In this document: in pieces, positions 10,109 to 19,528 of the stretch | Layout of the letters: each line of letters starts with the position of its first letter | How positions within the stretch are numbered: position 1 is the first letter of the stretch | Assembly: GCA_965237525.1 (NCBI GenBank) | Contig: CBDEFO010000006.1 | Span: 224,001 to 288,000 of the forward strand | Direction: 5' to 3' | DNA length: 64,000 nt | Source: Candidatus Latescibacterota bacterium | GTDB lineage: Bacteria; Latescibacterota; CBDEFO01 | Translations under genes and position numbers: made by a program | The notes under the pieces: model-generated | What the model saw: only the letters and a program-made list of their open reading frames with translations | Database searches by the model: none | Told to the model about the DNA's origin: nothing

Positions 10109-12465
10109 CGCTGGTCTGCGACAATGGCGGTGCCGAAAAACTGCGGCGCGTGGTTCGATTGGCGGTTCGTATGGGACCATTGGCTGTATTCGCCCTGAAG
10201 TACGTTGTTTCGTGACAGATTGAAGCGTATGGGGTCGCCGGAGCTCAGCCGCCGGCCCAGCATGTCCAGTGAGATGAGCATCTCCACCATCCATCGGTCC
10301 GAGCCGCGCGCCGTCGCGGCGCGCCATCGACCGTTCCACGCAGAGTCTTTCTGTCTGCCGTCATAACGTTGTCCGGCGGCATTCACGATGAACTGGAAAT
10401 AGTCCGCGCTGTCCGGGAGGCTGATGAACACCTCGACGCAGTCATCCTCCCAGACCTCCCCGTCGAACGGCCTCTCCACAATCTTCAACCGGTCCACACG
10501 CGGCTCGTGATTGATGACCGCAAGATACAGGTGATTTTCGTGCAGGCCCAGGAAGAACTCTGTGGGAAAACTGGCCGGCCCGGAGCCGTTGATCTGGATC
10601 ATACCGGATTGCCGGGACACCAAAGCCCGTTCCTCGGCGCTGATGGTGCCGTCTATCTTCGGAGGTGCCGCCATCTGTGCGATGACGGCGCGCTTGTACG
10701 GCGGAATCTCGAATCGCACCCGGCCGCGAACGTCGCCGGACTGCGTCGTGTGGTAAGTGATCGTGGCACCGGGCGGCGGAAAGAGCTGTTCGTTGCACAT
10801 GGCCTCAAAGCGTAGGCGGGTCGGCTCGCCGGCACTAATTTGCAGATCGGCCGATGCCGGTTCCATTCGCCATGCCGTCTGCGCAGTGTTCCACTTGATT
10901 GTGGCCGACAGAGCCTCCGGCAGACTCGGGATCAGAACTTCGACAGGCACAGCGGCGCCGGGTTTAGGCAACTCCTTCATCGTCGCGACGGCATTGACAG
11001 GATGGAATTGTACGAAAGGCGGCAACTGCCGCGGCTGCGCCAGGCGGACGGGCTTGACAGTGCCGCGCTTGACGATACGGAATAGATCACGCTGTCTGCC
11101 GTCGGCATTGAGCATGATGGCCGTCACCATATCTCCTTCAACATCCACGATGACCGACCCGTGCTCGATGAGGACTTGCTTCATCACGGGCATCGTACCG
11201 CCTCGACCAACCCCGGCGCCGCCTGTGCCGGCCACGACCTGGACGGTGCCTTCGTGCGGGTTGAGGCCGCTGCTCTTCAGATAGGCGCCGTCTCCCGCCG
11301 GATCACCGTCTCCGTCGTCCAGGATGAAACCCTCCGCCACCGTCGGCGTGCCGTAAGCGCCGTCCATCAGCATCGAGCGTTCGTAGGTGTGCGAGTGACC
11401 TGTAAAGACGACATCCACACCGCCTGATTCGAGGATAGGCATGATGTGCTCGCGCATCTCGACCAGCTGACCTTCCGTGTCGCTGTCGTGCGTACCCTTG
11501 GAATAGGGGGGATGGTGCCAGAAGGCTAGGATCCAGTCGCTATTCGTCTGCTCCAGATCGGCCTTGAGCCATCTCGCCATGGCGCCGGTGGGCCGGCGGT
11601 CCAGGTCGTGAGAATTGAGGCAGATGAAATGCACGTTGCCGTAGTCAAAGGCATAGTACGCTTCCGTCCCCGACGCCGCTCCCCCCGCCTCCCCACGGGT
11701 AGGCAACACGTACGCGTCGTAATACGGGCCGACGCCGGTCCTGCCATCCGAGGTACCACCTTCGTGATTTCCCATTGCGGGCCAGCAGACCAGATGGCGC
11801 AGCGTCTGGCCGTAGGGCTCGAAGAACCGGTGCTGAAACTCTTTGTCCTTTCCGCTGCTGTAGGCCATGTCGCCGACATGGATGAACAGGTCCAAAGGAC
11901 GCTGCTGCGTCGCCGTGTGCCGGCGCATGGCGTCATAGACATCGGCCTGATTCTGGTCACCGGTACCGGAATCGCCCAGGACCCAGAATCGGAAGGGGGA
12001 TCTGCTGCCCACGGGTGGGCTGGTGACGAAATGATGGGTTTCATCACCACCAGCCAGGCGGTAGGAACCGTCGTAGACGGCGTAGTAGTACTTCGTGGCC
12101 GGCTGAAGACCACTAACATAAGCCTCGTACTGGACCGCATCCGGCGGTGCGCTGTGGAGGGCGCCCTTGCCGCCGTCTCTCCCCCCGGTTCTCTTTGTGT
12201 GGACGTCTACAGGGCCGAAAGGCCGGTCGAGTCGGTCCGGTGATTCGGTGATCAGTACCACACGGGGACGAATCGGGCGGCCAGTGCGCCAGATGATCAC
12301 CATCGAATGGGGAGTCCCCATTGCGAGGTAGGGGCCGCGTCTGTAGTGCATATCATCCTGCTGGCCGACTTTGATGTGACGATACCTGGAGGTGCAACCC
12401 AAGACCAAGAGGCACATAGCGGTGCCGAGTAGGAAGGCTCTGCCGATCGAATCGCCTTTGTACAT
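10105..12465 (-). CDS. Purple acid phosphatase-like metallophosphoesterase (lipoprotein) with FN3-like N-domain and CBM9-like C-domain
   Basis: LVLGC lipobox; GDSG, GDMAY, GNHE, HHPPY, GHSHTYER; C-terminal PKIDG...WEDDCVEVF...YFQFIVNAAG. Confidence 0.85.
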   Translation of the reverse strand: MYKGDSIGRAFLLGTAMCLLVLGCTSRYRHIKVGQQDDMHYRRGPYLAMGTPHSMVIIWRTGRPIRPRVVLITESPDRLDRPFGPVDVHTKRTGGRDGGKGALHSAPPDAVQYEAYVSGLQPATKYYYAVYDGSYRLAGGDETHHFVTSPPVGSRSPFRFWVLGDSGTGDQNQADVYDAMRRHTATQQRPLDLFIHVGDMAYSSGKDKEFQHRFFEPYGQTLRHLVCWPAMGNHEGGTSDGRTGVGPYYDAYVLPTRGEAGGAASGTEAYYAFDYGNVHFICLNSHDLDRRPTGAMARWLKADLEQTNSDWILAFWHHPPYSKGTHDSDTEGQLVEMREHIMPILESGGVDVVFTGHSHTYERSMLMDGAYGTPTVAEGFILDDGDGDPAGDGAYLKSSGLNPHEGTVQVVAGTGGAGVGRGGTMPVMKQVLIEHGSVIVDVEGDMVTAIMLNADGRQRDLFRIVKRGTVKPVRLAQPRQLPPFVQFHPVNAVATMKELPKPGAAVPVEVLIPSLPEALSATIKWNTAQTAWRMEPASADLQISAGEPTRLRFEAMCNEQLFPPPGATITYHTTQSGDVRGRVRFEIPPYKRAVIAQMAAPPKIDGTISAEERALVSRQSGMIQINGSGPASFPTEFFLGLHENHLYLAVINHEPRVDRLKIVERPFDGEVWEDDCVEVFISLPDSADYFQFIVNAAGQRYDGRQKDSAWNGRWRAATARGSDRWMVEMLISLDMLGRRLSSGDPIRFNLSRNNVLQGEYSQWSHTNRQSNHAPQFFGTAIVADQR

Positions 12466-12596
12466 ATGGGTATCCTTTTTTCCTTGACGGTGGGCTGACG
12501 TACCGCGCACTGACACAGTACCGCAGCCCATCGAGAGCTGTTACGCCGTTAGTTTGAAGATGGGTACGTCGGTTGATTCGTCAAACCCTGCCACTA

Positions 12597-13718
12597 TTAT
12601 TTTTCTTGCGGCTGCAGCGCCAATACATCCTTCAGGTCGTAAATCACAAGCTTCGGGCGGTAGCGGAATCCTTCCACCCAGTGCTCTGCACCGATGCCTT
12701 CCTCGTAGTTGATGAACATTTCTTTGTCGGAAAAGTAAATGTTCCGCATAAAGCCCTCAGTCTCAGTGACGACGACCGGCCGGCTCCAGCTCTTGCAGTG
12801 GTCGTGGCTGACGGCAAAGACCATCGGGGCGCGCGGGAACCAGTAGTTATGCTCGGAACGCCACACCTTAGATTGCGTTGGTTTGGCCTTGCTCCAGACC
12901 ACGACCACTGCGTCGCTGTCGGGCACACGCTGGGCATTAAGCGGCGCAAGCGGTGAGACCAGGCCGGTCGAAGACGGCTCACCCCACGTTCGCCCGCCAT
13001 CCTCGGAAAACGCCTGCCACAGATGGCCAAGGCAGGTGCGAAAGACCATCCAGATACGGCCGTCGGCCAGTTCCACCAGCTTCGGCTCACCAAAACCTTC
13101 CGGCCGATCCCGATAACCCGGCGGCGGGCCAAACAACTCATACAACCGCCACGTCTGTCCGCTGTCTTGGCTGACAAGCGCGCCGACGAGGTCCGGTCCC
13201 GGCGCTTCACCTCCCATCAGGAAATCAACACTGACCAGCAGCCCGTTCTCTTCGGTCACCAGAATCCTATCGCCGGTCGGCGTCCATAGCAACTTTTTGC
13301 CGTTTTCGAGTTGAAGATGTTTGGGCCACATCAGCAGGCGTTTCCCACCGGACCACGTCTTGCCTTCGTCCTGTGAGTGCCAGATGCGAGTGTCGCCGCC
13401 CTGAATGAACAGTTCCCTACCGCGTCGGGAAATGGCTTCAATGCCGCCCTGCGGCCACGTGCGGATATCCGGCCAATCCTGCCAGGTTCGACCCTCATCG
13501 CTGCTGGCGATCGCGCCGTTCTCGGGACAGCAGGAGCCGGTCAACACCAATTCGCCCTTGGCACTGCGATGAAAGTCCCACTGGTTATTCCATACCTCGA
13601 GTTCTTCCATGTACTGCTCAAACACCGGCTGAATCGGTTCTTCGGCTCGCGCCACCGAGCACGCGCCGTGAAAAACGATTCCAGCCACAATCATCAATAC
13701 TATTCGGCCGCATCTCAT
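12597..13718 (-). CDS. Secreted BNR/sialidase-family protein
   Basis: Signal peptide; Asp-boxes SSDEGRTW, SQDEGKTW, SQDSGQTW, SEDGGRTW, SHDHCKSW. Confidence 0.85.
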   Translation of the reverse strand: MRCGRIVLMIVAGIVFHGACSVARAEEPIQPVFEQYMEELEVWNNQWDFHRSAKGELVLTGSCCPENGAIASSDEGRTWQDWPDIRTWPQGGIEAISRRGRELFIQGGDTRIWHSQDEGKTWSGGKRLLMWPKHLQLENGKKLLWTPTGDRILVTEENGLLVSVDFLMGGEAPGPDLVGALVSQDSGQTWRLYELFGPPPGYRDRPEGFGEPKLVELADGRIWMVFRTCLGHLWQAFSEDGGRTWGEPSSTGLVSPLAPLNAQRVPDSDAVVVVWSKAKPTQSKVWRSEHNYWFPRAPMVFAVSHDHCKSWSRPVVVTETEGFMRNIYFSDKEMFINYEEGIGAEHWVEGFRYRPKLVIYDLKDVLALQPQEK

Positions 13719-13941
13719 CCGTCCACTTTCCTGGAGAATGGATCACACGTGATGTCTGCTCACAAACGGCCCATCATCGCCACACAACAGCACGTCTCTC
13801 AATCATAGCTTAGCCCCGCGGCCCTGGCGCGTTGGTGTATCCTAACTGGAGTTGAATCACATTGAGAGCGTCGCGGCGCCAGCCTCGCCCTACAATGACG
13901 TTGGTATGCGGCTGGGCTCTTCTTACGATCACCGTATCCCG

Positions 13942-14757
13942 TCAGCCTCCGATGGAACCCACGAAGCCCCGATGCCTGAGGAAGTCTATCCAGCGCTGGC
14001 GACCCGAGCTGCGGTCGGGGTTGGAAATCCAGTGGCAGTGGGGCTTGAGCAGCGGAAACACCTCGATCAGGCGGGCCTCTTGCTCGACCATCTCCTGCAT
14101 CGACTCCTCTTCTTCCGGCGTTGCCGGAGCGGCAAAATAACCGAGGCTGCACATCCTCCGGTCGCCGCCGCCTCCCCAGCTGGCGTGCCAGATCCGATTG
14201 TCGAAGGCGATCACATCTCCAGGCTGTGACCTCCCAACGTACGCAGGCATCGCGTCGACCTCAACGCCGCCCTCCTCGATGATCCCCTCGTTGGACTCTT
14301 TCAGGGTGACCTTCTTGATGTCTGAGTGGAGGGGGTCTTTGTGAGAGCCGGGTATGAACCTGAGCGCGCCTGTCTTCTCGTCCAGCGGCTGTAGGTAGAA
14401 GGCGAACTTCACGCCGCGCCGGACGAGGTTGAAGGTATCGGGATGCCACTCCGTACGGTCACTATCGAAGGAGTTGGCGTTGGCGTAAAAGCCGACCACG
14501 TCCCGTCCGTAGAGCTGCTCGGTGGCCTCCAGGAACCGGGGATCCTCCAGTAGCGAGGCCAGGACCGGAGTATCTGGACCCAGGTTGGACCAGTTGAGCT
14601 GCTTGCGGATGCCGTGCCGGCCCATAGCCTCTCTGGCCCTGACGAGGCCGATATCGAACTCAGATTCTATGATCCTGAGCTCGTCACAGGTAAGGACCCC
14701 GCGCAGAACGACAAAGCCGAAGACCTCAAACTGAACAAGCTGGTTTTCAGTAAGGAT
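13942..14757 (-). CDS. Phytanoyl-CoA dioxygenase (PhyH) family protein, copy 1 (start codon reads ATC)
   Basis: WHPD and IWHAS 2OG-Fe(II) motifs, GALRFIPGSH; frame open from ATC 14757 behind a GGAGGAG RBS, where copy 2 has ATG. Confidence 0.75.
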   Translation of the reverse strand: MLTENQLVQFEVFGFVVLRGVLTCDELRIIESEFDIGLVRAREAMGRHGIRKQLNWSNLGPDTPVLASLLEDPRFLEATEQLYGRDVVGFYANANSFDSDRTEWHPDTFNLVRRGVKFAFYLQPLDEKTGALRFIPGSHKDPLHSDIKKVTLKESNEGIIEEGGVEVDAMPAYVGRSQPGDVIAFDNRIWHASWGGGGDRRMCSLGYFAAPATPEEEESMQEMVEQEARLIEVFPLLKPHCHWISNPDRSSGRQRWIDFLRHRGFVGSIGG

Positions 14758-14830
14758 AGGCTCCTCCGTCTGTTAGATTATCTAATCCGCTGTACTGAAT
14801 TTTTGGTGTGCCATAAAGAACAAAAGGGGA

Positions 14831-14931
14831 GCGGTATGTATGCGCTCTAATTTGTCGTCTGAAACTAGTCTTCTGGACATTGTGCTTTTGACCTCTTTAA
14901 CTATAATTCTTGTCCTATATTTCCCATCTAT
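14831..14931 (+). repeat. 101-bp direct repeat, left copy
   Basis: Matches 19381-19481 with 4 mismatches. Confidence 0.9.
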
Positions 14932-14957
14932 CCCGATTAATTCATAAACTTGGTGGA

Positions 14958-15099
14958 GTCATTGCGAGGAGCAAAGCGGTCCCCGATTGAGTCTATCGGG
15001 GAAGCAATCTCAAGGTTTTCTAGTGATCTCCTATGAGAGCCGGAGAGTATTACATCTACCACAGAATCGAGATTGCTTCGCCTTCGGCTCGCAATAACA
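14958..15099. repeat. REP-like inverted repeat (GTCATTGCGAG...GAAGCAATCTC / GAGATTGCTTCG...CTCGCAAT)
   Basis: Complementary arms; left arm interrupted by a 21-bp palindrome at 14981-15001. Confidence 0.65.
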
Positions 15100-15240
15100 C
15101 CGAAAGTGGTCAAACGGCATAATTATAATATAATTCAATCCCTTAATTAATGCACTGCCTTTTTTTATGAATTATTCGGGCTAGACAGGTTTTCGTCCAA
15201 AAATCTGCTTCATCTATGTCACCAATCTGTCACCAAAACA

Positions 15241-15281
15241 AAAACGGGTCATGACCTAATTGTCGTAACCCGTTCTTTTTT
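15241..15281. terminator. Intrinsic terminator-like hairpin downstream of the tRNA remnant
   Basis: AACGGGT...ACCCGTT stem flanked by A and T runs. Confidence 0.55.
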
Positions 15282-15282
15282 A

Positions 15283-15330
15283 TGGCACGCCCAGAGGGAC
15301 TCGAACCCCAACCTTCTGATCCGTAGTCAG
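15283..15330 (-). pseudogene. 3' part of tRNA-Arg(ACG), att-site-like remnant
   Basis: Reverse complement CTGACTACGGATCAGAAGGTTGGGGTTCGAGTCCCTCTGGGCGTGCCA has anticodon arm, T arm and CCA; no D arm or 5' acceptor strand upstream. Confidence 0.85.
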
Positions 15331-15707
15331 CTAAGGGTTTTGCTTCCAGTATAGTGTTTTTCCCTATCTTTTTGTGCTGTGTGGAGATAAGGGCTATTGA
15401 CTATCTTCTCGTTTCGTGTTATTTTATGCTATTCCCGGTCGTTCCAGTAGAAATCTAGTAGAAGTTGGTAGAAGAATCAGGGTCAATCGTTTCGACAAGT
15501 TCAAAGAGGTAATGCTAGAGGACAAGGCGGACCGCAGGGATATCCCGAAGGATCGATGACTATAACAAGAAACGTCTCCATTCATCCCTGGGATATAAAA
15601 CCCCAGAAGAGTGGAGAAAACAATTCTATCTGCTACCCCAGGTTGCTTAATTGATGTCGCTTTCCAGGGGAGCACTACAATATACCTTAGTTGGAGAAGT
15701 TAAATCA

Positions 15708-16910
15708 ATGAATCATTACTGCAAGAAATTAAGAACACAGTCTATGATTGCAAACAAAATGACTTTGCTTTGTGCAATCGTATACTTATTATCTTTTACG
15801 GTGGTCCCAAACACCTTCGCTCAGGGGGAAGAAACTCCGATTAAGATATTTGGCTACTTTCAGAATTCATTCCAGCATTGGACCGCCTTCGAGGAGGGGC
15901 CGAAACATAATTCCTTCAGCTTACAACAACTCAATCTTTTTTTTCAAAAAGACCTTGGCACCAATTGGACCGCGTTTGTCAATTTTGAATTCCTGAACAA
16001 CTTCTCGTCTGGTCGGCAATGGGGTTCGGCGAAGCTTGAGGAAGCCTGGGTGAAATATCGGGCCGACATGAGATTCAATTTGAAGCTTGGACTGCTCATA
16101 CCCATCTTTAACAATCTCAATGAGATTAAGAATCGTACGCCTTTGCTTCCTTATATTATCAGGCCGTTGGCCTATGAAACATCGTTTGGTGAATTTATTC
16201 CGATCGAAGTGTTGGCCCCTGTCCAGGCGTTTGTAAAGCTCTACGGTTTTTTTCCTGCAGGCAAAGCGAAAGTTGACTATGCGGTTTATATGGGGAACAG
16301 CCCGAACATAAGCGATGATCCCAGCATCGGCCAAACCGGTATCGACACCACCTCGACATTTCTTTTAGGCGGCCGGTTGGGTTGGCGCTATGGCGAACTA
16401 AAATTGGGTCTTTCGGCGACCTACGACAAAGACAATTCAGAAGAGGTTCTGGCGCCGGAGCTTAACATACCGCGTACCGAACTAAGCGCAATCCCTAAGA
16501 CACGTTTCGGGGGAGATCTGTCTTATAACTTTGCTGATTTTTCGTTCGAAAGTGAATTTATTAAAGTTAGTCTTGAAAAAGATATTCCAAAGTTGGAAAA
16601 AAATCTGGATTTCTATTATGCCACCTTAGGCTACAATTTTACAAAAGCGCATTTCATTTATGGCAGTTACTGGTTTTTAGATTCCCACGCAGCAATACCT
16701 GCGCTTTCAAATGAGAGAAAAGAAGAAGATGAGGATGTCAAAGTTGCAACCATTGGCGCTTCGTACAACATGATGGACAGAGTCAGGCTCAAAGCTCAGT
16801 TTGCCCGAGTAAAACTTGACCATGAATTACAATTACTGCCAGAGGGTGTCGTCACAAGATCAGATGACGATTTTAGCGTTTTTGCGCTTGCTGTTTCGGT
16901 ATTCTTTTAA
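15708..16910 (+). CDS. Porin-like outer-membrane beta-barrel protein (start uncertain, 15651-15759)
   Basis: Signal peptide, alternating beta-strand pattern, C-terminal Phe (VSVFF). Confidence 0.7.
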   Translation: MNHYCKKLRTQSMIANKMTLLCAIVYLLSFTVVPNTFAQGEETPIKIFGYFQNSFQHWTAFEEGPKHNSFSLQQLNLFFQKDLGTNWTAFVNFEFLNNFSSGRQWGSAKLEEAWVKYRADMRFNLKLGLLIPIFNNLNEIKNRTPLLPYIIRPLAYETSFGEFIPIEVLAPVQAFVKLYGFFPAGKAKVDYAVYMGNSPNISDDPSIGQTGIDTTSTFLLGGRLGWRYGELKLGLSATYDKDNSEEVLAPELNIPRTELSAIPKTRFGGDLSYNFADFSFESEFIKVSLEKDIPKLEKNLDFYYATLGYNFTKAHFIYGSYWFLDSHAAIPALSNERKEEDEDVKVATIGASYNMMDRVRLKAQFARVKLDHELQLLPEGVVTRSDDDFSVFALAVSVFF

Positions 16911-17369
16911 ATGGAGATTCCTATAATTATCAGCAGAAAAATAAAAATCGCGATTGTAACCATATTGTTTCTGTTCAGCCGGGAAGAGACCTTATTTTCA
17001 CAAGTGGCGGTCATCGCTCACAAATCAGTGCCAATTGACAAGATTAAGAAGTCTGAGTTACTTGATTTCTATACCGGTGACATAAAGAAGTGGCGCGACA
17101 ATCAACCAGTGGTCGTTTTTGACTTGAAACCAAGAGGAGAAGTAAAGGAAACCTTTTATAAGTTCTTGGGGAAAAGCTCTTCACGCATGAAATCCATTTG
17201 GTTGAAGAAGATGCTCTTGGGTGAAGGAGATCCTCCTGACTCTATGAAGTCAGAGAAAGAGTTATTGAAAAAAGTTGCTACCACGACCGGGGCAATCGGG
17301 TTTGTCAGCCAATCCCAGGTGAGCGGCGATGTCAAAACGCTCATCATCATCGAGAAGGACAAGAAGTGA
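16911..17369 (+). CDS. Small phosphate-ABC substrate-binding-like (PBP) protein
   Basis: QVAVIAHKSVP...ELLDFYTG..KKW...VATTTGAIGFV pattern. Confidence 0.75.
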   Translation: MEIPIIISRKIKIAIVTILFLFSREETLFSQVAVIAHKSVPIDKIKKSELLDFYTGDIKKWRDNQPVVVFDLKPRGEVKETFYKFLGKSSSRMKSIWLKKMLLGEGDPPDSMKSEKELLKKVATTTGAIGFVSQSQVSGDVKTLIIIEKDKK

Positions 17370-17395
17370 ACATTCTTAATCTATCAGGAATCACC

Positions 17396-19033
17396 ATGAA
17401 ATTAAAGGATTTAAAACTCGGCACAAAACAGATGGTTGGCTTCGCCATTATCCTTCTCATAATGGCCGGATCACACGCTTATTCGACCAGGAAAATGGCT
17501 ACGCTCAAAGCTGAAATTGACGAGGTGACAACAAATTGGCTGCCAAGAGCCATTGCTATCTCAGACATCAATGTCAACACCGCTAAGTTACGCATCGTTC
17601 AATTGCAGTATGTTTTTGCTACCGATGAAACAAGAAAGCAGAAGCAGGCAATTATGATTTCGTTACTGGATGAGATTAATGAGAATCTCGATATCTACGA
17701 ACAGCTCAAAGCTTCTTCTGAGGAGCGGCACCTCTATTCTGAAAATGAACGCGCGCTTTACTCTGAATTCGATCAGAATTGGGATCAGTATCAAGATTTG
17801 AGTTTGACAATTTTGAAACTTATCGGTAATAATGAAAATGAGGCAGCGATTGCTCTACTGAATGGCGAGGCACAGGAGGTGTTCAACGACTTAAGTGCTG
17901 ACCTGATCGAACTTGTAAGTGTCAATAAACAAGACTCACTTGAAGCCGCTAAACGGGCTGGTATTACATATCACTCAACCCACAAAATGATGATCAGTCT
18001 TTATATTTTCACAATCCTTTTATCCGTTTTTATAGCGGCTGGGTTAGTGCGGTTCATTACTGTGCCTGTGCAACAATTAGAACAAGCCGCCGGAAAGGTC
18101 GCTAAGGGCGACCTCGATGTGCGATTGGATATTCCAAGTAAAGATGAGATTGGCAATCTTGCACAATCATTTAATCAAATGACCACATCGCTTCGGGAGG
18201 CGAAAGAAAAAACACAACGTCAGGCTGAAAGACTTAAGGCACAGAATCAAGATCTTGGAAGAACAATGTACCAATTAAAAAAGACTCAGAACCAGCTTTT
18301 GATGAAAGAAAAAATGGCCGCATTAGGCAATTTAGTTGCCGGCATTGCCCATGAAATCAATAATCCTATTGGCGTCGTGATCAGCTCGGCTGATGTATCT
18401 ATGCGTTGTTTTGATAAAATTGATTCTGTCTTAGAAAAAAATGGTCTGACAGAGGAGACAAGAAATGGCAGCCTGCTTTCGAAAGCTTTGAAGATTCTCA
18501 AAGACAACATCAAAGCGACATCATTGGCAGGCGATCGCATTGCAACAATTGTGAAAAGCTTGAAAAATTTTGCCAGATTGGATGAAGCTGAATATCAGAA
18601 GGTGGATATTCATGAAGGGATCGATAGCAGTTTGACATTGCTTGGAACAGAACTAACGAACCGTATAAAAATCAAGAAAGAATACGGTGAGATACCCAAG
18701 CTTCAATGTTATCCCGGTCAACTAAATCAGGTGTTCATCAGCCTATTGAAGAACGCCTCCCAAGCAATTGAGGATTCCGGTACAACTGGGATTAAGACCT
18801 TTAAGACTAAAAATCATATTCATGTGCAGATTTCCGACACCGGTAAAGGGATCCCACATGACAGATTAAACAAAATTTTTGACTTTGGCTTTTCAGCGGA
18901 TGGTTCCCGCGTTAAAATGGGATCGGGGTTGACAACGGCGTATAATATTATTCAAAAGCATAATGGAGAAATCAAGGTACAAAGTGAAGTCGGAAAAGGA
19001 ACAACCTTTTCGACTATCTTGCCTATAAAGTAG
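17396..19033 (+). CDS. Sensor histidine kinase (four-helix MCP-type sensor, HAMP, HisKA, HATPase)
   Basis: Two TM segments, DEIGNLAQSFN HAMP, AHEINNP H-box, DTGKGI and GSGL G-boxes. Confidence 0.9.
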   Translation: MKLKDLKLGTKQMVGFAIILLIMAGSHAYSTRKMATLKAEIDEVTTNWLPRAIAISDINVNTAKLRIVQLQYVFATDETRKQKQAIMISLLDEINENLDIYEQLKASSEERHLYSENERALYSEFDQNWDQYQDLSLTILKLIGNNENEAAIALLNGEAQEVFNDLSADLIELVSVNKQDSLEAAKRAGITYHSTHKMMISLYIFTILLSVFIAAGLVRFITVPVQQLEQAAGKVAKGDLDVRLDIPSKDEIGNLAQSFNQMTTSLREAKEKTQRQAERLKAQNQDLGRTMYQLKKTQNQLLMKEKMAALGNLVAGIAHEINNPIGVVISSADVSMRCFDKIDSVLEKNGLTEETRNGSLLSKALKILKDNIKATSLAGDRIATIVKSLKNFARLDEAEYQKVDIHEGIDSSLTLLGTELTNRIKIKKEYGEIPKLQCYPGQLNQVFISLLKNASQAIEDSGTTGIKTFKTKNHIHVQISDTGKGIPHDRLNKIFDFGFSADGSRVKMGSGLTTAYNIIQKHNGEIKVQSEVGKGTTFSTILPIK

Positions 19034-19380
19034 GATGCCATCCGAATGCGGTTTAATTACAAGAATGTACTATGAAAACACTTATGATATTTGGAGAAAA
19101 TATAATCCGACATTCTCCACATCACATTCATGAGGAATTATGTTTCGATACAATCTTGTTTGTGATTGAATATTACCACGTCTACATGTTTGAACAAGTA
19201 CTTTTTTCAATCAAGATGTATTTGCTCTGAATTATCACTTGCTTTCCTAATTAAATCCTCCAATTAGAGACACTGTAGTGCCTCCCACAATTTCCACACC
19301 AATCAAGTAACTCGAGGCAGCTGATCATATCGTTTTCTCAAATCGCAATCTGCAAAACATCTTCCGCTAAGTCAAGGGAA

Positions 19381-19481
19381 GCGGTATGTATACGCTCTAA
19401 TTTGTCGTCTGAAAATAGTCTTCTGGACATTGTGCTTTTGACCTCTTTAACTATAATTCTTATCCTACATTTCCCATCTAT
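19381..19481 (+). repeat. 101-bp direct repeat, right copy
   Basis: Matches 14831-14931. Confidence 0.9.
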
Positions 19482-19528
19482 GAAAGTGGGTGTCCCAGCC
19501 AGGTCTCTTTATCTGTTGAGAGAGTCCC

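Noticed and set aside
9230..10339. 369-aa version of the TPR ORF
   Set aside because: Overlaps the phosphatase 3' end; the ATGA-coupled start at 10108 gives a proper signal peptide.
15283..15360. Functional tRNA-Arg gene
   Set aside because: 5' acceptor strand and D arm are absent, and the T stem is imperfect.
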